A stretch of 64,000 bases of DNA, from NCBI GenBank assembly GCA_964472415.1, contig CAYYLC010000001.1, positions 239,194-303,193 of the forward strand, read 5' to 3'. Positions within the stretch are counted from its first letter, which is position 1, and every line of letters starts with the position of its first letter. The translations under genes and the position numbers were made by a program. This document shows, piece by piece, positions 1 through 9,856 of the stretch. Source of the stretch: an uncultured Gammaproteobacteria bacterium (GTDB taxonomy: Bacteria; Patescibacteriota; Microgenomatia; Levybacterales; GWA1-39-11). Under the pieces are notes generated by a model. The model was not told the origin of the DNA. It was given only the letters and a program-made list of their open reading frames with translations, and did not search any database.

Positions 1-1
1 A

Positions 2-1021
2 ATACAAGGCGTAGATTTTGTAGCCCTAAACACAGATGCTCAAGCGCTCCTAAGAAATAAAGCCACGACAAAACTCCAGATTGGTGAAGGTTTAACCCGT
101 GGTTTAGGATCGGGAGGAAATCCTGATATCGGACGTGCTGCTGCAGAGGAGAGCGTGGAGAAGGTAAAGCAACTCTTGGAAGGGTCAGATATGGTGTTTC
201 TTACTGCTGGTATGGGTGGCGGAACTGGGACGGGTGCGACCTCTATTGTAGCCCAGGCCGCAAAAGAAGCAGGGGCACTTACTATCGCTGTAGTTACGAA
301 GCCTTTTACTTTTGAGGGTGCTCGGAGGAAGGTTTCTGCCGAAGAAGGGATTGAGGAATTAAAAGATAAAGTAGATACGCTTATTACTATTCCGAACCAG
401 AGAATTCTTGAGGCAGTAGACAAGAAGCTTTCTCTTATCGAAGCATTTAAGGTAGCAGATTCAGTGCTTGGGCATGGCGTGAAGGGGATCTCAGATATTA
501 TCACTGTACCAGGACTTATTAATGTAGACTTTGCAGATGTGAAGGCAATTATGAATGAGGCAGGGAGTGCGTTGATGGGAATCGGTGTAGGTGTGGGAGA
601 GAACCGAGCGCAGCTTGCTGCACGTCAAGCAACATCCTCACCACTTTTAGAGGTTTCTATGGATGGTGCGCGGGGTGTTTTGTTTAATATTACCGGAGGT
701 TCTGACATGACGATGCAAGAAGTAGAAGATGCGTCCCGAGTTATTGCAAAATCTGCAGATCCAGATGCGAATATTATTTTTGGAGCTGCGATTAATGAAG
801 AGCTGAAGGATGAAATTCGTATTACGCTGATCGCAACTGGGTTTGATGAGTCACGGGTGAGACTTCAGCAGATGGTCGAGGATACGGTAGAAAGGCATGT
901 ACAAGAAGAATCACAAGAGAAAAATAGTCCTTTTGTGAATAATAATCGGGAAAAGGAACGACAGAAGGAAGAAGATGATGATATCTTTGAAATCCCTGCA
1001 TTTCTCCGGCAGAAGAATTGA
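2..1021 (+). CDS. ftsZ: Cell division GTPase FtsZ (5' end lies outside the window)
   Basis: The frame is open from position 2. The translation reads [16 protein letters not shown]...GGGTGTG, the tubulin/FtsZ GTP-binding signature, followed by an acidic C-terminal tail. Confidence 0.95.
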   Translation: MQGVDFVALNTDAQALLRNKATTKLQIGEGLTRGLGSGGNPDIGRAAAEESVEKVKQLLEGSDMVFLTAGMGGGTGTGATSIVAQAAKEAGALTIAVVTKPFTFEGARRKVSAEEGIEELKDKVDTLITIPNQRILEAVDKKLSLIEAFKVADSVLGHGVKGISDIITVPGLINVDFADVKAIMNEAGSALMGIGVGVGENRAQLAARQATSSPLLEVSMDGARGVLFNITGGSDMTMQEVEDASRVIAKSADPDANIIFGAAINEELKDEIRITLIATGFDESRVRLQQMVEDTVERHVQEESQEKNSPFVNNNREKERQKEEDDDIFEIPAFLRQKN

Positions 1022-1065
1022 TTTTCACTTCATTAGTTAAAACCGTTAGTTTATAATTTCAGAGG

Positions 1066-1728
1066 ATGAGCGATATTCCTTTTAGAGTAATTAAATCAAA
1101 AAGAAGATCCATGGCAATCCAGGTCCTTCGTGATGGTAGTGTTGAAGTTAAAGCTCCGAATTATATTCCTAAGTTTCTCATTACTTCATTTGTGAATAGT
1201 AAGAAGGATTGGATCAATAAAAGGGTAAACTATGTTTTGAAAAACAAGATAGAAGAAAAGAAGTTCCAGGATGGCGAAAAGTTTTTCTATTTAGGTGAAA
1301 CATACTTTTTGAAACTTGGGGACTATACTGAGGTTAAGATTCATGGACAGAATTTCTTGTTTCCAATAGCGCTTGCTTCTAGAGGGAAGATAGTTATGGA
1401 AAAGTGGTATATAAAGCAAGCGAAAGAAGTAATTAGAGATCAGGTAGATTATTGTGCGAAAAAGATGAATGTTACTTATAAAAGTATTTCCTTTTCGGAT
1501 ACGAAATCTAAATGGGGCTCTTGCACGCACGATAATAGATTGCAATTTAATTGGCGATTAGTTCTGGCGCCAATGATAGTTCTGAGATATGTCGTAATAC
1601 ATGAACTTGCTCATACGCAAAACAAGAATCATTCAAGTGATTTTTGGAGAATGGTAAAAAATCATAATCCTTCTTATAAGCAACAGATCAAGTGGCTAAA
1701 AATTCATGGTGAAAACCTTCATATTTAA
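1066..1728 (+). CDS. YgjP/DUF45-family metal-dependent hydrolase (M48-like)
   Basis: C-terminal HELAHTQNKNH is an HExxH motif, and the WGSC...LQFNWRL context is typical of the YgjP/DUF45 family. Confidence 0.75.
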   Translation: MSDIPFRVIKSKRRSMAIQVLRDGSVEVKAPNYIPKFLITSFVNSKKDWINKRVNYVLKNKIEEKKFQDGEKFFYLGETYFLKLGDYTEVKIHGQNFLFPIALASRGKIVMEKWYIKQAKEVIRDQVDYCAKKMNVTYKSISFSDTKSKWGSCTHDNRLQFNWRLVLAPMIVLRYVVIHELAHTQNKNHSSDFWRMVKNHNPSYKQQIKWLKIHGENLHI

Positions 1729-1756
1729 ATAAGACTGTAAGGGAGAATGGGAGGGG

Positions 1757-3592
1757 TTATATTTTTCCTTGGGAGCGCATTCTTCGTGCTTCTGCTGCGT
1801 CAAGTATTAATTTTCTTATTCTGATATTTTGTGGCGTTATTTCTACGAGTTCGTCGTCTGCAATATATTCTAACGCTTCTTCAAGTCCCATTGTTTTGGG
1901 CGTTTTAAAGTATTCAGAAACTCCCTCACCTTTAGAACGCATATTTGTAAGGTGTTTGGTTTTGCAGACATTTACACTGATGTCATCATTTCGACTATTT
2001 TGTCCTACTACTTGCCCTTTGTAAACAGAAGTGCTGGGGCCAATAAACAAATTACCTCTGTCTTGGATATTTGTAAGTCCGTACATATTTGCCATGCCTG
2101 TCTCGTGTGCTACGAGCGATCCCTGTTCGCGCTCGTGTGTATAGCCACTATCTGGACCATATTCATGAAAAAGCGTATTGATGATTCCCAGGCCTTTTGT
2201 ATCCGTAACAAATTCGCCCCGATAGCCAAAGAGTCCTTTTGAAGATATGATAAAGTCAAGAGATGTAATGCCATTTTCAGCTCGCATGTCTTTTAGCTCT
2301 GCATGTCTTGTTCCCATTTTTTGTATTACAGATCCTGCGTATTCATCGGGCACCTCTATAAATACTTGTTCATATGGAGTCATTTTGCGTCCATCAATTT
2401 CTTTGTCAATTACTTGAGGACGTCCAACTTGAAATTCATATCCTTCTCGTCTCATTCTTTCGATTAGGATTGCTAAGTGTAGTTCTCCACGTCCAGACAC
2501 AATCCAACCTCCTCGCGAATCACTCTCTACGCGAAGTGCCATATCTGTCTCCGTTTCTTTGTAGAGCCGTTCTTCGATTTGTCGTGAGGTTTTAAATTCT
2601 CCCTCTTTTCCAGCAAATGGAGAATTATTTATCATGAATCGAGCGCGGATTGTGGGTTCTTCTATTTTCAGTAATGGGAGTGCTTCTGGAGAATTCGCGT
2701 CTGCGACAGTTTCTCCAATTACCGGATTTGTGATCCCCGCAATGGCAACAATATCCCCAGCTTGTGCTTCCGGTATCTCAGCCTTCCCAAGTCCTGCAAA
2801 CGTCATAAGAGAAGAGATCTTTGCCTTTTTAATTTCTCCTTCTCGGGTTATATGGGATACTTCTTGACCAGTTCTAATTTTTCCGTTATATATTCTTCCT
2901 GTTGCAATTCTTCCTTTATGTGTATCAGAAGAAAGAGTCGTGATGAGCATTTGTAGCGGTTTTTCTGAATCTCCAGTTGGAGGAGGGATTTCTTTTAGAA
3001 TTGTTTCAAATACTGGGGTAATATCTGTCATTTCATCTATTGATTCAGTGAGTCCAGCCTTTCCATTTTTTGCTGATGCATAAATAATAGGGAAGTCTGC
3101 AGTTTTATCATCTGCTCCGAGTTCTAGAAATAAATCAAGAGTTTTATCCAGCACATGGTTAATTCTTGCATCTGGTTTATCTATTTTATTTACAACAACA
3201 ATTATCTTGTGCTTCATCTCAAGTGCTTTTTTTAAAACAAATCTTGTTTGAGGCATTGGTCCCTCTTTCGCATCAACCAATAGTAAACAGCCATCGGCCA
3301 TTTTCAGGACACGCTCAACTTCTCCTCCAAAGTCTGCGTGGCCAGGAGTATCAATAATATTAATCTTGACCCCCTCTTCATTTGGTGAAGTAGGATTATT
3401 CCATATGACTGAAGCATTTTTGGAAAAAATTGTAATTCCTCGCTCACGCTCAAGCTCATTATTGTCCATTATCAATGTTTCCGCTGTGTCTTTGTGCATC
3501 TCAGTTTTTGACTGTGTGAGAAGTGCATCAACGAGCGTTGTCTTTCCATGGTCAACGTGAGCTATGATTGCGATATTCCGTATATTGTTCAT
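1757..3592 (-). CDS. typA: Translational GTPase TypA/BipA
   Basis: N-terminus IRNIAIIAHVDHGKTTLVDALL carries the G1 motif AHVDHGKTT and the DTPGHADF G3 motif; at 611 aa the length fits BipA. Confidence 0.93.
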   Translation of the reverse strand: MNNIRNIAIIAHVDHGKTTLVDALLTQSKTEMHKDTAETLIMDNNELERERGITIFSKNASVIWNNPTSPNEEGVKINIIDTPGHADFGGEVERVLKMADGCLLLVDAKEGPMPQTRFVLKKALEMKHKIIVVVNKIDKPDARINHVLDKTLDLFLELGADDKTADFPIIYASAKNGKAGLTESIDEMTDITPVFETILKEIPPPTGDSEKPLQMLITTLSSDTHKGRIATGRIYNGKIRTGQEVSHITREGEIKKAKISSLMTFAGLGKAEIPEAQAGDIVAIAGITNPVIGETVADANSPEALPLLKIEEPTIRARFMINNSPFAGKEGEFKTSRQIEERLYKETETDMALRVESDSRGGWIVSGRGELHLAILIERMRREGYEFQVGRPQVIDKEIDGRKMTPYEQVFIEVPDEYAGSVIQKMGTRHAELKDMRAENGITSLDFIISSKGLFGYRGEFVTDTKGLGIINTLFHEYGPDSGYTHEREQGSLVAHETGMANMYGLTNIQDRGNLFIGPSTSVYKGQVVGQNSRNDDISVNVCKTKHLTNMRSKGEGVSEYFKTPKTMGLEEALEYIADDELVEITPQNIRIRKLILDAAEARRMRSQGKI

Positions 3593-3665
3593 AAAAAAAA
3601 CCGCCTATCGTGCGGTCTATATTATTATAACAGAATCCTATAGAAAATGTAAAAAGAATTTGTGT

Positions 3666-3694
3666 TTGAACTTAAAGCATTACTTCACTATAAT
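3666..3694 (+). promoter_or_regulatory. Sigma70-like promoter for ileS (TTGAAC-17 nt-TATAAT), with the -10 ending about 8 nt before the ATG: leaderless geometry
   Basis: Read directly: ttgaac at 3666-3671, a 17-nt spacer, tataat at 3689-3694, and the ATG at 3703. No Shine-Dalgarno sequence lies in between. Confidence 0.45.
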
Positions 3695-3702
3695 ATCTTC
3701 AT

Positions 3703-6513
3703 ATGTTTAAGCCTATAGATCCAAAAATAACGTTCCCCGAAATAGAGGAAAAAATAATCAACTACTGGAAGAAAAATAAGATTTTTGAAAAGTCTGTTGA
3801 CCGTGATTATGAAGGTCGTAAATGGACTTTTCTGGATGGTCCACCTTTTGTGACGGGTATGCCTCATTATGGAAGTTTACTGTCCTCACTTCCAAAGGAT
3901 GTTTTCGGGAGATATTGGACGATGAAGGGATATAGAGTGCGTCGTGTTTGGGGTTGGGATGGTCATGGATTGCCAATAGAGAATAAGGTGGAGAATAAGC
4001 TTAATGTAAAGCGGAAGAAAGATATCGAAAATATTGTAGGGGTCGATACATTTATTGAAGAATGTAGGAAATACGTAGAAGAAATATCTGATGAATGGGA
4101 GTGGTATGTGGAGCATATAGGACGCTGGGTAGATTTTAAAAACGCATACAAGACGTGGGATACGGATTATATGGAGTCAGTTATGTGGGTTTTTAAAAGT
4201 CTGTATGAAAAGGGGCATATTTACAAAGGGCTCCGAATAGGGCTTTATTGCCCACACTGTTCAACTCCAATTTCAAATTTTGAAGTTGCGATGGATGCTG
4301 AGAATTACAAAGAGATTTCAGATTTTGCAACTACATATAAATATAAATTAGAAAATGAAGAAAATACATTTATCCTCGCGTGGTCTACAACGCCATGGAA
4401 TAAAATAGTAACTCCAGTCTTAGCGATAAACCCAAAACTTACCTATGTAAAAGTAAAACAAGATAATGAGCTGTATGTTCTTGCGGAAACCACTACAAAG
4501 ATTCTTGGAGATGAAAGTACCTATGAAGTGGTTGAAGAATTTACGGGTGAAGCGTTGCTAGGTAAAAAATTTGAGCCACATTATGATTATTATAAAAAGA
4601 AGGCAGAGGATTCTGAGAAGCTATTTGAAATAGTTGGAGGGGATTTTGTAAGTGCTGAAGAGGGAACAGGAGTGGTGACGATTGCAGCTTATGGAGAGGA
4701 AGATCTTAAGCTCATGAGAGAACAGGATATCCATATAGAATTGCATCTTGATGAAGAGGGGGTAGTGAAGGATGAAGTCCCAGTTTTTTCTGGTATGTAT
4801 TATTTGAAGGCAAGCAAAGCAGTCAATGAAGATCTTAAAAAGCGCAATCTTGTTTATAGGGATGAACAAAAGGTTCACAGTGTGCCACTTTGTTGGAGAT
4901 GTCACACTCGACTCTACTATGCACCACTAGATGCCTGGTTTGTGAATGTTCAGAGTCTTAAAGAGAGGCTCAAGAAAACGAATGAAGACATTAATTGGTA
5001 TCCAAAGCATTTTAAGCATGGACGTTTTTTGAAAAGTTTGGAGAATGCGCCAGACTGGAATATTTCTCGCAACAGATATTGGGGGAGCCCTGTTCCGGTA
5101 TGGGAGTGTTCTTGCGGGAATAGAATAGTGACCGGATCTATAGTTGAAATCGAAGAATTAAGTGGAAAAAGAGTAAAAGATTTGCACAAACCAGAAATTG
5201 ACGAAATAGAACTTATGTGCAACAAATGTGGTCAATATGCAAAAAGAGTACCAGAAGTACTCGATAGTTGGATTGAGGCTGGTAGCGCATCTTTTGCAGA
5301 GCGGCACTTTCCTTTTTCGGGTGAAAATCTTAATGATTTCTTTCCTCCGGATTTTATAGCAGAATATACGGGACAAATTCGTGCATGGTTTTATGTGCTC
5401 CATGTGATAGGAGGAGCGTTGTATGATTCAAAGGCATTCAAAAATGTACTGGTTGAAGGTGTGGTTTTAGGAAGCGATGGCCGCAAAATGAGTAAAAACT
5501 TCGGAAATTATCCAGACCCAAAGAAAATGTTACAAAAATATGGCGGGGATGCATTGCGATTGTATCTTTTGGGGAGTAATGTAATGCACGGTGAGGATAT
5601 AAGAATTTCAGAAGATGATTATCGTGATCAAGTACGTGGAAGTATGCTTATTTTGTGGAATGTTTATAACTTTTTTATTTCAAACGCGATTCTTCAAAAT
5701 TGGCAACACGGTGAGGATATAAAATCCTCAAATATTTTAGATGTGTGGATTTTGAGCAGATGCGAACAATTGAGGAATTCGGTAACCGTTGCATTTGATG
5801 TATATGATACGGTTATTGCTATTCAGGAAATTAAAGCTTTTATTTCAGATTTTTCGACGTGGTATATACGTCGCAGTAGGGAGAGGCTGTACAGTGAAGA
5901 AAAAGCCGATATAGCAGCATTCTTTGCGACTACGCATGATGTTCTTGTGAAGTTGTCCAAATTAATTTCTCCCATCATGCCGTTCTTATCAGAAGAAATG
6001 TATAGAAATTTAACAAATAGGGAGTCTGTACACCTTACATCTTGGCCTGCGGAGAATAAGAGATCAATCGATGAAGCGCTGGAAAGTGAGATGGAGATTG
6101 CACGACAGGTTGTAGAAGTTGCACATTTTGAGCGCAGAAAAGCACAGATTAAGATTCGGCAACCGCTTGCGAGTCTCGAATTGACGCTTGATGGTACATT
6201 GACCTCAGAAATTCAAGAGATAATAGGCTCTGAAGTAAACGTAAAAAAGCTTAATATAAAAAAGGGCAATGCATTAAAGGTGGTGCTTGATACTGAAATT
6301 ACGGAAGAACTGAGGGACGAAGGAAAGGCTCGAGAAATAATCAGAAATATTCAGCAGACACGAAAAAAACTTGGTACTCATAGGGAAGAATTTATTGATG
6401 TGTATATCCAATCTTTTCCTCAGAGGTTTGAAAATGAGATAAAAAAGCGTGCGCTTGTCCGAGATATTATTATTTCCGATGAATTCAAGATAGCACGTAT
6501 CGATGAGCAATAA
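3703..6513 (+). CDS. ileS: Isoleucyl-tRNA synthetase
   Basis: HIGH-class motif PHYGS, KMSKS motif KMSKNFGNYPDP, the CP1 editing region and WNISRNRYWGSP. At 936 aa it is a class I Ile/Val-type synthetase, best fitting IleS. Confidence 0.9.
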   Translation: MFKPIDPKITFPEIEEKIINYWKKNKIFEKSVDRDYEGRKWTFLDGPPFVTGMPHYGSLLSSLPKDVFGRYWTMKGYRVRRVWGWDGHGLPIENKVENKLNVKRKKDIENIVGVDTFIEECRKYVEEISDEWEWYVEHIGRWVDFKNAYKTWDTDYMESVMWVFKSLYEKGHIYKGLRIGLYCPHCSTPISNFEVAMDAENYKEISDFATTYKYKLENEENTFILAWSTTPWNKIVTPVLAINPKLTYVKVKQDNELYVLAETTTKILGDESTYEVVEEFTGEALLGKKFEPHYDYYKKKAEDSEKLFEIVGGDFVSAEEGTGVVTIAAYGEEDLKLMREQDIHIELHLDEEGVVKDEVPVFSGMYYLKASKAVNEDLKKRNLVYRDEQKVHSVPLCWRCHTRLYYAPLDAWFVNVQSLKERLKKTNEDINWYPKHFKHGRFLKSLENAPDWNISRNRYWGSPVPVWECSCGNRIVTGSIVEIEELSGKRVKDLHKPEIDEIELMCNKCGQYAKRVPEVLDSWIEAGSASFAERHFPFSGENLNDFFPPDFIAEYTGQIRAWFYVLHVIGGALYDSKAFKNVLVEGVVLGSDGRKMSKNFGNYPDPKKMLQKYGGDALRLYLLGSNVMHGEDIRISEDDYRDQVRGSMLILWNVYNFFISNAILQNWQHGEDIKSSNILDVWILSRCEQLRNSVTVAFDVYDTVIAIQEIKAFISDFSTWYIRRSRERLYSEEKADIAAFFATTHDVLVKLSKLISPIMPFLSEEMYRNLTNRESVHLTSWPAENKRSIDEALESEMEIARQVVEVAHFERRKAQIKIRQPLASLELTLDGTLTSEIQEIIGSEVNVKKLNIKKGNALKVVLDTEITEELRDEGKAREIIRNIQQTRKKLGTHREEFIDVYIQSFPQRFENEIKKRALVRDIIISDEFKIARIDEQ

Positions 6514-7597
6514 TAGTCTATTGAGCTTTTTTGGGAGAATTGATTTACTGATATTAATTCCGGCATTATTTTTAGTACTGATCAGTCTTTCAACACTTCT
6601 CTCTATAAGTCCTGCATATTTTAGACAGCAAATAGTAGCTTTAGTGTTGGGGCTCGTTGGATTCTTGATTTTTACTCGTATTGATTTAAGCCTTTTATCT
6701 TACCTTTCAAAATTTCTTTATGGAGGTATGCTTTTTTTATTAGTGCTGGTTCTATTGTTTGGGGTAACGGTAAATGCGGCAAAAAGTTGGTTTGATATTT
6801 TTGGTATGAGTATTCAGGCCTCGGAGATTATCAAACCATTTTTTCTCATTGTTCTTGCGACGTTTTTGACTCAAAAAATCGGAAAGAGAATATATCGTTT
6901 TTTAGGAGCATTACTTATCACATTTCCAGTTTTTTTTCTTATCTATCAGCAGCCTGATTTGGGGACGGGGATTGTATATATTGCTGCTTCTTTAATGGTA
7001 ATATTTCTTGCCGGTTTCCCATTGCGATATATTTTACTTACTGTGGTAGGTACCAGTATCATAATTCCAATACTGTTCTTTTTTTTGCAGGATTATCAAA
7101 AGCAGCGAATCCTCACATTTTTTGATGTTACGAGTGATCCTACTGGTGCTTCATATAACGCTATCCAATCACTTATTTCTATCGGGAGTGGTGGTTTTTT
7201 CGGGAAAGGATTTGGGCAAGGGACACAGTCTTTGTTGCGATTTCTGCCTGAACAGCAGACAGATTTTATTTTCGCAACGATTTCTGAAGATTTAGGCTTT
7301 ATAGGCTCATTTATCGTACTGTGCTTATTTGGAATTTTGCTATATCGAATATATAAAGTAGCAATCTCAACGGAGAGTGCATATCAATATCTTGTATGCA
7401 TGGGAGTATTTGCGATATTCTTCTTTCAGATACTATTTAACGTTGGGATGAATCTAGGACTTATGCCGATTATTGGGATTACATTGCCATTTGTTTCATT
7501 AGGAGGAAGCTCATTATTAGCAAGTTTTATTGCGCTCGGAATGATTTCTGGAATTTCAAAAGACAATAAAAAGCATCAATCTATGGAAATAGCGTAA
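6503..7597 (+). CDS. ftsW: SEDS-family peptidoglycan glycosyltransferase (FtsW/RodA)
   Basis: Polytopic membrane protein of 364 aa with the SEDS hallmark regions GMSIQASEIIKPFF and LPEQQTDFIFATISEDLGFIG. Whether it is FtsW or RodA is ambiguous. Confidence 0.8.
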   Translation: MSNNSLLSFFGRIDLLILIPALFLVLISLSTLLSISPAYFRQQIVALVLGLVGFLIFTRIDLSLLSYLSKFLYGGMLFLLVLVLLFGVTVNAAKSWFDIFGMSIQASEIIKPFFLIVLATFLTQKIGKRIYRFLGALLITFPVFFLIYQQPDLGTGIVYIAASLMVIFLAGFPLRYILLTVVGTSIIIPILFFFLQDYQKQRILTFFDVTSDPTGASYNAIQSLISIGSGGFFGKGFGQGTQSLLRFLPEQQTDFIFATISEDLGFIGSFIVLCLFGILLYRIYKVAISTESAYQYLVCMGVFAIFFFQILFNVGMNLGLMPIIGITLPFVSLGGSSLLASFIALGMISGISKDNKKHQSMEIA

Positions 7598-7620
7598 TTT
7601 TTTTGCTACAATATGTGACT

Positions 7621-7953
7621 ATGAGTTACGCAGTTATTAAATCTGGAGGAAAACAGCATACTGTTCGTGCAAATGAAAGCTTTATTACAGACAAGCTTTC
7701 AGGGAAAGCGGGAGATAAAATTACCTTTGATGAGGTTCTTTTGTATGTTGATGGAGATAATGCAAAGCTGGGTATGCCATTTGTATCTGGTGTAACGGTC
7801 GAAGGTAGGATAGTTGAACAGACTCGCGGAGAAAAGATTCGTGTAGCAAAATTTAAGGCAAAATCTCGATATCGAAAGGTGCGAGGATTTCGTGCAGAAT
7901 TGACTGAGGTTATGATAGAATCTATTAAGGCAAATAAGAAAGGGGAAAAATAA
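7621..7953 (+). CDS. rplU: 50S ribosomal protein L21
   Basis: MSYAVIKSGGKQHTV is the classic L21 N-terminus. The start is moved to the internal ATG at 7621, six codons into the tracked ORF that begins at 7603. Confidence 0.88.
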   Translation: MSYAVIKSGGKQHTVRANESFITDKLSGKAGDKITFDEVLLYVDGDNAKLGMPFVSGVTVEGRIVEQTRGEKIRVAKFKAKSRYRKVRGFRAELTEVMIESIKANKKGEK

Positions 7954-8199
7954 ATGGCACATACAAAATCACAAGGAGCAGTCAAGGGAAACCGCGATTC
8001 GATTGCAAAGAGGCTTGGAGTTAAGATATATGGCGGCTCTCGAGTAGCTGCGGGAAATATTATCATTCGACAGAGGGGAACAAAATTTGGGTCAGGTGCT
8101 GGAACTTCTTTGGGGAGCGATTACACGATTTTTGCATTGAGAGATGGAATTGTAAATTTCATAACGCGACGTGGTAAAAAAATAGTGGAGGTAATATAA
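7954..8199 (+). CDS. rpmA: 50S ribosomal protein L27
   Basis: [28 protein letters not shown] matches the L27 consensus (MAHKKGGG...GRDS..QRLGVK). Confidence 0.9.
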   Translation: MAHTKSQGAVKGNRDSIAKRLGVKIYGGSRVAAGNIIIRQRGTKFGSGAGTSLGSDYTIFALRDGIVNFITRRGKKIVEVI

Positions 8200-8200
8200 A

Positions 8201-9010
8201 ATGGCAGAAACGAAAGTAGTAGATCTGGAACTTACAATGCTTCAGCCTAACCCTCTTCAGCCACGAGGCCTCATATCTCCAGAGTCTCTTACAGATTTAG
8301 TAAATTCTATTCGCGAACAAGGAATACTTGAGCCTATTGTGGTAGCTGATACTCCTGCTGGTTATCAGATTATTGCTGGAGAGAGGCGTTGGAGAGCTGC
8401 AAAGATCTTGGGATTAGAGTTCGTTCCGGTTATTGTAAAGCAGACCACTCCTCAACAAATGCTTGAGATGTCTATTGTAGAGAATGTTCAGCGTGAGGAT
8501 TTAAATCCTATTGAGCGGGCACAGGCGTATAAGCGACTTATTGATGAATTTAATTTATCAGTTACTGAAGTGGCAAAACGAGTGGGTAAGAGTCTTCCAT
8601 ATATTTCTAACAGTATTCGGCTTTTAACGCTTCCTGACGCAATAAAAGATGCTTTGGCTGCCGGAGTTATCTCTGAGGGACACGTAAGGCCACTTATCTC
8701 AATCGGCGATCCCAAGCTCATGCTTCAGGCGTTTAGAAAGATACTCGTAGAGGGGATTAGTGTGAGAGGTGCTGAGGATGTTGCTCGACAAGTAAAAGCT
8801 GAGGTTCAGAAGAAAGAGCCTCAAAAAAGAGCCGATAGAATCTATATCCCAGAACAAGAAGAGATGGCAAAAACCTTGAGCCAAAGGCATGGGTGGAATG
8901 TGAAGTTTGATCAGTCCGGCGTGAATGGAAGAATTACTATCGTAATTAAGGGTGATCAAGGGAAAACAACTGAAGAATTGAAGAGGATTTATGAAAGATT
9001 AATTAGCTAG
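8201..9010 (+). CDS. parB: ParB/Spo0J-family partition protein
   Basis: LQPNPLQPR box and GERRWRAAKILGL (the ParB GERRxRA motif), plus an HTH region. Confidence 0.85.
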   Translation: MAETKVVDLELTMLQPNPLQPRGLISPESLTDLVNSIREQGILEPIVVADTPAGYQIIAGERRWRAAKILGLEFVPVIVKQTTPQQMLEMSIVENVQREDLNPIERAQAYKRLIDEFNLSVTEVAKRVGKSLPYISNSIRLLTLPDAIKDALAAGVISEGHVRPLISIGDPKLMLQAFRKILVEGISVRGAEDVARQVKAEVQKKEPQKRADRIYIPEQEEMAKTLSQRHGWNVKFDQSGVNGRITIVIKGDQGKTTEELKRIYERLIS

Positions 9011-9570
9011 GGAATAATCTCTGCGTGATCTACAGCTCTAAAACTTCCGATCGGCCAGTATACAAAGAATGATCTGCCAATAACTTCATCTTCAGATACA
9101 AATCCCCATTCTCGAGAGTCAGAACTATTTGAACGATTATCTCCCATTACAAAATAATTCCCCTCAGGAACTGTTATTTGTGCTCCTTCATTTAAAAAGC
9201 TTCCTCCAGCGGTAATATAATTTGATGGTAAGTAGTTTTCATTGAGCATTTTTCCGTTTAAATATACTTCTCCATTGCTGACAGATACTGTATCGCCGTG
9301 AATTCCGATAATTCGTTTAATAAAATCTTTATCGTTTTCAGTGGGAGCGTGAAATACTATAACATCACCGCGATCGTATGTGGAGATCCTTTTCGAAATG
9401 AGGTCTGTAAGGACATATTCGCCGTTATCAAAATTTGGATACATGGAGAGGCCGTTTACCTGGTATGGACGAAATAGAAATGCATAGACTACAACAAAAA
9501 TTGCCCCAGCTATAACCAGTGTTTGGATGAGATCAAAGAGAATATAGTAGATTTTTCGGACCACAAACAT
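9007..9570 (-). CDS. lepB: Signal peptidase I
   Basis: N-terminal TM helix, box B GLSMYPNF (catalytic Ser), box D VMGDNRSNSSDSREWG, box E. Confidence 0.9.
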   Translation of the reverse strand: MFVVRKIYYILFDLIQTLVIAGAIFVVVYAFLFRPYQVNGLSMYPNFDNGEYVLTDLISKRISTYDRGDVIVFHAPTENDKDFIKRIIGIHGDTVSVSNGEVYLNGKMLNENYLPSNYITAGGSFLNEGAQITVPEGNYFVMGDNRSNSSDSREWGFVSEDEVIGRSFFVYWPIGSFRAVDHAEIIP

Positions 9571-9856
9571 ATCTGTATATTCTCTCGTTTCAGATGGTGT
9601 TTGTCAATAACGCATAGTAAAGCACAGGGTTATTTGATAGAATTGATTATAGCGTATAGATAGACATACTATGAATTAGTTTGATAGTTCTTAATAGTCA
9701 CTGATCTTAGGATTGAGTTAGCAGTTAATTGATTGGAGTGATAATATAGTATAAAAAGTGATTTGTGTTGATTTATCAATCTAAATTGAAATATCCAGTA
9801 ATTAAGTGGCGAGTATCTTACTATATCAAACAGTATAAAACAACCATTTTTAATTT

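Noticed and set aside
1952-3560. Several 60-100-aa plus-strand ORFs (1952-2242, 2374-2595, 2634-2867, 2762-2956, 3166-3357, 3366-3560)
   Set aside because: All lie antisense inside the highly conserved typA gene, have low-complexity translations and no start context. They are spurious.
3593-3625. A8 run plus ACCGC/GCGGT hairpin between typA and ileS, considered as a bidirectional terminator
   Set aside because: On the minus strand the hairpin+T8 sits immediately upstream of the typA ATG, not after a gene. On the plus strand the A-run precedes the hairpin. The stem is only 5 bp, so it is more likely part of the typA 5' region than a terminator.
9571-9856. 286-bp AT-rich intergenic region scanned for ncRNA (SRP RNA, RNase P, tmRNA, 6S) and for CRISPR-like repeats
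   Set aside because: No conserved ncRNA motifs (for example AGGAAGCAGCC of SRP or GGAAAGTCCGG of RNase P) and no regularly spaced repeats. Only weak partial inverted repeats (ttgatag / ctatatcaa). It is most simply a divergent promoter region for lepB and the glycan locus.
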